Assembly (NCBI GenBank): GCA_029856435.1
Contig: JAHQXB010000074.1
Location: 1-41,661, forward strand
From: Candidatus Jordarchaeia archaeon
GTDB lineage: Archaea > Asgardarchaeota > Jordiarchaeia > Jordiarchaeales > Jordiarchaeaceae
Length of the DNA: 41,661 nt
Direction of reading: 5' to 3'
The notes below the pieces were generated by a model. The model was given only the letters and a program-made list of their open reading frames with translations. It had not been told where the DNA came from and ran no database searches. Positions within the stretch are counted from its first letter, which is position 1. Each line of letters begins with the position of its first letter. Shown here in pieces: positions 37,192 to 41,661 of the stretch. The translations under genes were made by a program, and so were the position numbers.

Positions 37192-38781
37192 TTGGGAGAA
37201 CAATGCATACTAACACACGATGTCGGCACATCCGGTAACAAAGCTGCACTGGTAAGTACATCTGGCAAAATAATAGGGGTAGCCGAGAAAAATTACGATG
37301 TGAACTATCCCAAGCCAGGATGGGCAGAACAAGACCCAAAACAGTACTGGAACGCAGTAGTGGAAACAACCCGAGAACTCATAAAAAAGACAAAAGTAGA
37401 CCCCAAAGATGTGATTGGAATAAGCCTGGACGCCCAAATGATGTCCGCAATACCCGTAGACAAAGACGGAAACGCCCTCAGACCCGCAATGATCTGGCTC
37501 GACTCAAGAAGCGAAAAACAATCCGACGAGTTCGAAGCCAAATTCGACCCCATAAGCCAACTATTAGATTTCGGAAACCTACCAATGACCACAGCAAAAG
37601 ACGTCATCCCTAAAATCTGGTGGATTCGCGACAATGAACCAAAAATATTCCAAAAAGCCTACAAATGGTGCGACGTTAAAGACTACGTAATACGCCAACT
37701 CGTAGGTGACTTCTACACCGACTGGAGCACCGCACTCCTCTTCGGACTCTTCCACATCCAAAACCATGTCTGGGTCGACGAACTAATACAGGGAGTAGGC
37801 CTATCAAGAGACAAACTCTGCGAAGTTGTAAAAACCACAGACATCGTAGGAACACTAACAAAAGAAGCCGCACAACAGCTGGGACTAACCACAGAAACAC
37901 CCGTAATATGCGGCGCAGGCGACGCCCCCGCCACCCACGTAGGCTCCGGCGCAATAAGGACAAATGAAGGACACCTCTACCTCGGCACATCCGGCTGGGT
38001 CTCAGTAACAGTCGACAATTTCACCGCCGACCCCGACACAGGCATAGCCGCTATATACTCCGGAGTCCCAGGCAAGTTCATGCTCATCGGCGAAATGGAA
38101 AGCGTCGCCGCCCCATTCAAATGGTTCAAAGACAACCTCGGAGGCCTAGAATGCCTAATGGCCATGGAGAAAGGATGCGACCCCTACGATGTCATAAACG
38201 AAGAGGCAGCGTCAGTAGGACCCGGCGCCAAAAAGCTAATCTTTCTACCCTGGATGCTTGGAGAAAGGGCCCCCATACAAGACACCATGGTCAGAGGGGG
38301 CTTCATAAACCTAAGCTTCCACCACGGCAGACCCGAAATAGCTAGAGCCATACTGGAAGGAGTAGCCTACCACATCAGGTGGATAACAAAAAACATACAA
38401 AAAATTCTCGATCGAGGAGTCTTAGACCCAAACCAGCCCAAACCCCAAATCCCATCCCTAAACGCCTGCGGAGGGGGAGCCATAAGTTCCGTCTGGATGC
38501 AAATATTTGCCGACGTCCTAAACAAAAGAATCCGTCCCCTCAAAGAACCCCGCCACGTCGCAGCACTAGGAATCGCCATAATATCTATGGTGGGACTAGA
38601 AATCTATCCGGACTTTGAAACCGCCGTAGATAAAGTCATCAAAATCGAAAAAGATTACTACCCAAACGAAAATCTAAAACCAATATATGACGAAATGTAC
38701 AATGTATTCGAAGGAATCTACCCCAAACTAAAAGAAGTCTACCAAACCCTAAACAAAGGCGAAACCCATCCAAAAGCGTAA
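37192..38781 (+). CDS. FGGY-family carbohydrate kinase (xylulokinase-like)
   Basis: HDVGTSGNKA, PGWAEQDP, WLDSR, GAGD, YLGTSGW, GERAP, AILEGVA, GGGA.S..WMQIFAD. Confidence 0.93.
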   Translation: MGEQCILTHDVGTSGNKAALVSTSGKIIGVAEKNYDVNYPKPGWAEQDPKQYWNAVVETTRELIKKTKVDPKDVIGISLDAQMMSAIPVDKDGNALRPAMIWLDSRSEKQSDEFEAKFDPISQLLDFGNLPMTTAKDVIPKIWWIRDNEPKIFQKAYKWCDVKDYVIRQLVGDFYTDWSTALLFGLFHIQNHVWVDELIQGVGLSRDKLCEVVKTTDIVGTLTKEAAQQLGLTTETPVICGAGDAPATHVGSGAIRTNEGHLYLGTSGWVSVTVDNFTADPDTGIAAIYSGVPGKFMLIGEMESVAAPFKWFKDNLGGLECLMAMEKGCDPYDVINEEAASVGPGAKKLIFLPWMLGERAPIQDTMVRGGFINLSFHHGRPEIARAILEGVAYHIRWITKNIQKILDRGVLDPNQPKPQIPSLNACGGGAISSVWMQIFADVLNKRIRPLKEPRHVAALGIAIISMVGLEIYPDFETAVDKVIKIEKDYYPNENLKPIYDEMYNVFEGIYPKLKEVYQTLNKGETHPKA

Positions 38782-39611
38782 CCTAAACCAACATCCCTCC
38801 CCTTTTTTTGGTCTTACTTGCCTAGTAAACCTCAACATTGTTCCCCAATAGAGAGAATGGATTCTGCATCCATCTCAATAGTTTAATCTTCCATTTTACA
38901 AGTCATAGCAAACCTACATACGCTTACGCGTTTTAGATAAAGGATGAAAACCTAGAGTTTCTCATAACAATAGTGTATTCGTCTGGCTTAATTTTTTGCT
39001 GACGACTATAAAATTAAGGCCGATTTAAATGGTTTCCTCAACAAAAATTTAATAATTATAAGACTCCCCCCAAATAAAGAATATTTCAATTCTAAAGAAA
39101 AGATGTTGAAAAAGTCTAAGGGCAATATTACTAAGTGGAGCAATTCGAGGAATAGCAGGAACCATAACAACAGCCTTCAGTAAATACAATCCCTAAAACT
39201 AATACGCTTTTATGAGAATTATCCTCCTATGTTTCGCAATTAACTTTACCATTTCGGTACTTAGGCCTCGTTTTTTCTCCGGTTTTATCCCCCACCCAAT
39301 ACCCCATTCTCCAACTGTCTCTACACTCGCTACAAACCTCATTCGTATCGGTTCTACTCCTCATCGTGCCTATCATCGTAGAAATGAATACCAGCGAGTA
39401 TACATACAAAATTGGAGGAGCCATAAGTATCCTATCGTAGCTCCCCTTTCAGCATAATATCACTCTGAAGACTATAATAACAATGGGAAATCTAATAACG
39501 GCATATACATCCACATCCGTATAACCAACTCCTATTAGCGATTCAACAGAACTTAAACAAGGAAAGAAAATAGCCTAATAGTCTCATCCCTACATTCAAA
39601 AACTGCAATGA

Positions 39612-39916
39612 AAAGTTGAAATAGATCCGTTTTTAAAACTGAGAACAAATAATTACCTCATAGATGGAAGCTACCTCGATGTTTGGCTATCCCACAAAAT
39701 TCTTGGAAGATACGCTTACCACTGGGAGCAAAGACACATAAACGGCGGAATGCACAGACACGATAACCCCCCCACGAATCCTAAAATATATGAAAACATT
39801 CCCACAACGAAACAGAGAACAACGCCCAGGAGAGCCAAATAAGCGAAAAACCCGAAGAAGCGATAATCCAAATCCTGAACTTTATCAAAGAAAAAATCCA
39901 TAAACAAAAGATTTAG
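39612..39916 (+). pseudogene. Degraded DUF6516/TumE-like toxin gene of a toxin-antitoxin module
   Basis: Segments in three frames: KLR..YLIDGSYLDVWLS..ILGRYAYHWEQRHING..HRHDNP / KYMKTFP / HNETENNAQES.IS..PEEAIIQILNFIKEKI*. At least two frameshifts; no intact start. Confidence 0.75.
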
Positions 39917-40129
39917 AAAAAATCAAAACTAATCCGGAATATACTATGAATGATATTTGTATTAACCTGCCTAATTGATGCGTAACCATAAAATAAGTAA
40001 TCCAAAATGCAAAATAAGCTTATTACTAGCCAACCATTGTTGCACATAATTAACAGAAAACAACGAACGAATTTTACCAAAACAATAAAAGGAAAAATAA
40101 AAAGGAGGAGACCCCGAAACCAAGCCATT

Positions 40130-41434
40130 TTACACCAGCTTACTCGTCTTCCATGTACCCAGAGCGCGAGCAAGCTCCTTGTGATCCTCAGCATACTTCT
40201 CTAAGGGAATACCCTTCATAGCAGCATCAATAGCCTGACGGAAAGAAATAGCGCCAGCACGAGGACCATCAGGATGGGCGTGCATCGCACCACCCACACC
40301 CACCACAAAGTCCCTACCAATGTCCGCCATAATCTGAGGGACAAGCTGCACAATAATACCACCAGCAGGCATAGGCATCGTCGGTCTCAAATGATAAAAC
40401 GGAAAAGTCAACTCACGCCAAACCTGTAAATAAGTCTCCTTCATAAAAGGCGCCTTACCATAGGGAGCAGGATAAACTTCTATGTCTGCTCCTGCTAGTC
40501 TGCAGAATTTTCCTAGTACGAGTCTGGCGTCTATTCCGTAGTGGGGTGAGGGGTATATGGCGGCAGCAAAATCAGTGTGGGCCAAAATGGGTACTTTGAT
40601 GCTTGGGTCTTCTGCTAGGTCTCTGAATGTTTCGTATCCCGTTGTGATGATGTTGACCATGAGGGCGTTGGCTCCTAGTTCTATGGCTCGTTCTGCGAGT
40701 TCTAGGGTTTTTTTGGGTCGGTCGGTTATGTTTACTGTGTAGAGTGTTTTTTCTCCTTTTTCTTCGTTTGCTTTGTCTATTGCTTCCATGAATTTTACTA
40801 CTCGGTCTTCTACTCGGTTTAGTTCCATGTCTGCTAGTAGTTCGTCGTCTTTTATGAGGTCTACTCCGCCTGCTGCGACTTGGTATGCTAGGTCTGCTCC
40901 TATTTCGCATGGTGAGTAGACGCAGGGTTTTATCATGTTATTTAGTATGGGTCGGTCTTTTATTCCTAGTACTTGTCTTACTCCTTGTATTCCGAATTTT
41001 GGTCCTTTGAATCCTTCTACCCATTTTTTGGGGAAGTTGAGGTCTAGGAGTTTTATTTTTCCTGCAGCTGAGAGGTTCCCGACTACTGTGCTGAATAGTA
41101 GGGGTAGGTTAGGTTCTCCGAGGTTTCTTATGGGATATGCTATTTGTATTATCCAGTGTCTTTCTTCTGTTTTTGGTAGTTGCCATTGGTGGGGTGGGAT
41201 TTCGTATACTCCTATTACTCGGGCTGCGTGTAGTTTTCTGACTTCGGGTGTTTCTTTGGGTACTGGGGTCCATGTTCCGGTGCTTTGTTCTAGTGCTGCG
41301 GCTTGGGCTAGTGTGTATCCGTCCAGCCATGAGGGTTGGATTGTGTAGTAGGTTGCGATTATGTATTCTTCTGGGTCTATGCCTTCGGGTAGTGCTTCGG
41401 GTGTTGATAGTAGTTCATATTTTTTTTCTCCCAA
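40130..41434 (-). CDS. RuBisCO-like protein (form IV RLP)
   Basis: EQSTGTW, VGN, IKP, KDDE, H294-equivalent, PYGK loop 6, AGG, GG..HAHP. It lacks the K177, R295, H327 and S379 equivalents. SD GGAGG favours the TTG at 41434 over the track start at 41584. Confidence 0.92.
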   Translation of the reverse strand: MGEKKYELLSTPEALPEGIDPEEYIIATYYTIQPSWLDGYTLAQAAALEQSTGTWTPVPKETPEVRKLHAARVIGVYEIPPHQWQLPKTEERHWIIQIAYPIRNLGEPNLPLLFSTVVGNLSAAGKIKLLDLNFPKKWVEGFKGPKFGIQGVRQVLGIKDRPILNNMIKPCVYSPCEIGADLAYQVAAGGVDLIKDDELLADMELNRVEDRVVKFMEAIDKANEEKGEKTLYTVNITDRPKKTLELAERAIELGANALMVNIITTGYETFRDLAEDPSIKVPILAHTDFAAAIYPSPHYGIDARLVLGKFCRLAGADIEVYPAPYGKAPFMKETYLQVWRELTFPFYHLRPTMPMPAGGIIVQLVPQIMADIGRDFVVGVGGAMHAHPDGPRAGAISFRQAIDAAMKGIPLEKYAEDHKELARALGTWKTSKLV

Positions 41435-41661
41435 TTTTTTTCCTCCATTCTTTTCTTGTGTTTCCAGTGAATACGTATTTTTTGTGCTTTTATTCTTATT
41501 GGAAGTTTTGTGGTGTGGGTTGGTTTGATTACTGTTTTGGGTAATAATTTTGAAAAGTTTTTTGTCATTTGGTGTCCCGGGCATAAACGGTTAATGAAGT
41601 CTTCTTTTCCCCAAAAAAAGCGTTTTTTGCCCTCTTTTTCACGGAGACCAATATAACTAAT

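Noticed and set aside
39212-39457. Short ORFs on both strands (81 aa and 65 aa, one with CSEC)
   Set aside because: No SD, no family match, located in a decayed zone.
40130-41434. Bona fide CO2-fixing form III RuBisCO
   Set aside because: It lacks the K177, R295, H327 and S379 equivalents needed for RuBP carboxylation.
573-41568. Numerous short ORFs nested in or antisense to the long genes
   Set aside because: Shadow frames of well-supported genes, with skewed composition and no motifs.
41435-41584. 50-aa N-terminal extension of the RLP
   Set aside because: Low-complexity Lys/Asn/Thr sequence from a skewed intergenic region; an SD-supported TTG lies at 41434.
1-41661. CRISPR array, tRNA, rRNA, integrase or transposase
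   Set aside because: No regularly spaced repeats, cloverleaf, rRNA-like segment or recombinase ORF was seen by eye; tRNAscan-SE and Infernal were not run.

Overview
A 41.7-kb gene-dense archaeal window. A stand-alone longin-fold gene and a V4R-like gene suggest an Asgard archaeon; this is inference, not a marker-gene result. The dominant theme is an expanded cobamide methyl-transfer kit: four corrinoid proteins (DxHxxG) and four URO-D/MtaA-fold methyltransferases, each with a different metal-ligand set. No MtaB/MttB/MtmB-type MT1, corrinoid activator or pterin-acceptor MT2 is present in the window. These genes are interleaved with hydrolases (two amidohydrolases, a lipase, an M28 peptidase, an MBL alkyl sulfatase, a Thr-nucleophile sulfatase-family enzyme, a GH38 mannosidase) and sugar enzymes (GalT, D-lyxose/mannose isomerase, FGGY kinase, form IV RuBisCO-like protein). 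Also present are a CbiX chelatase, two acyl-CoA dehydrogenases, an orphan fwdB and a 2-hydroxyacyl-CoA dehydratase/activator trio. The best candidate for an undescribed system is a methyltransferase-isomerase-GH38 operon, which may demethylate O-methylated sugars. Features outside the ORF track include two diverged, oppositely oriented copies of a ~130-bp MITE-like element with IS903-like ends, two frameshifted pseudogenes (threonine dehydratase, DUF6516/TumE toxin), operator-like palindromes and abrupt mid-gene switches in strand skew. No rRNA, tRNA or CRISPR array was recognised. All calls come from manual motif reading; no searches were run.
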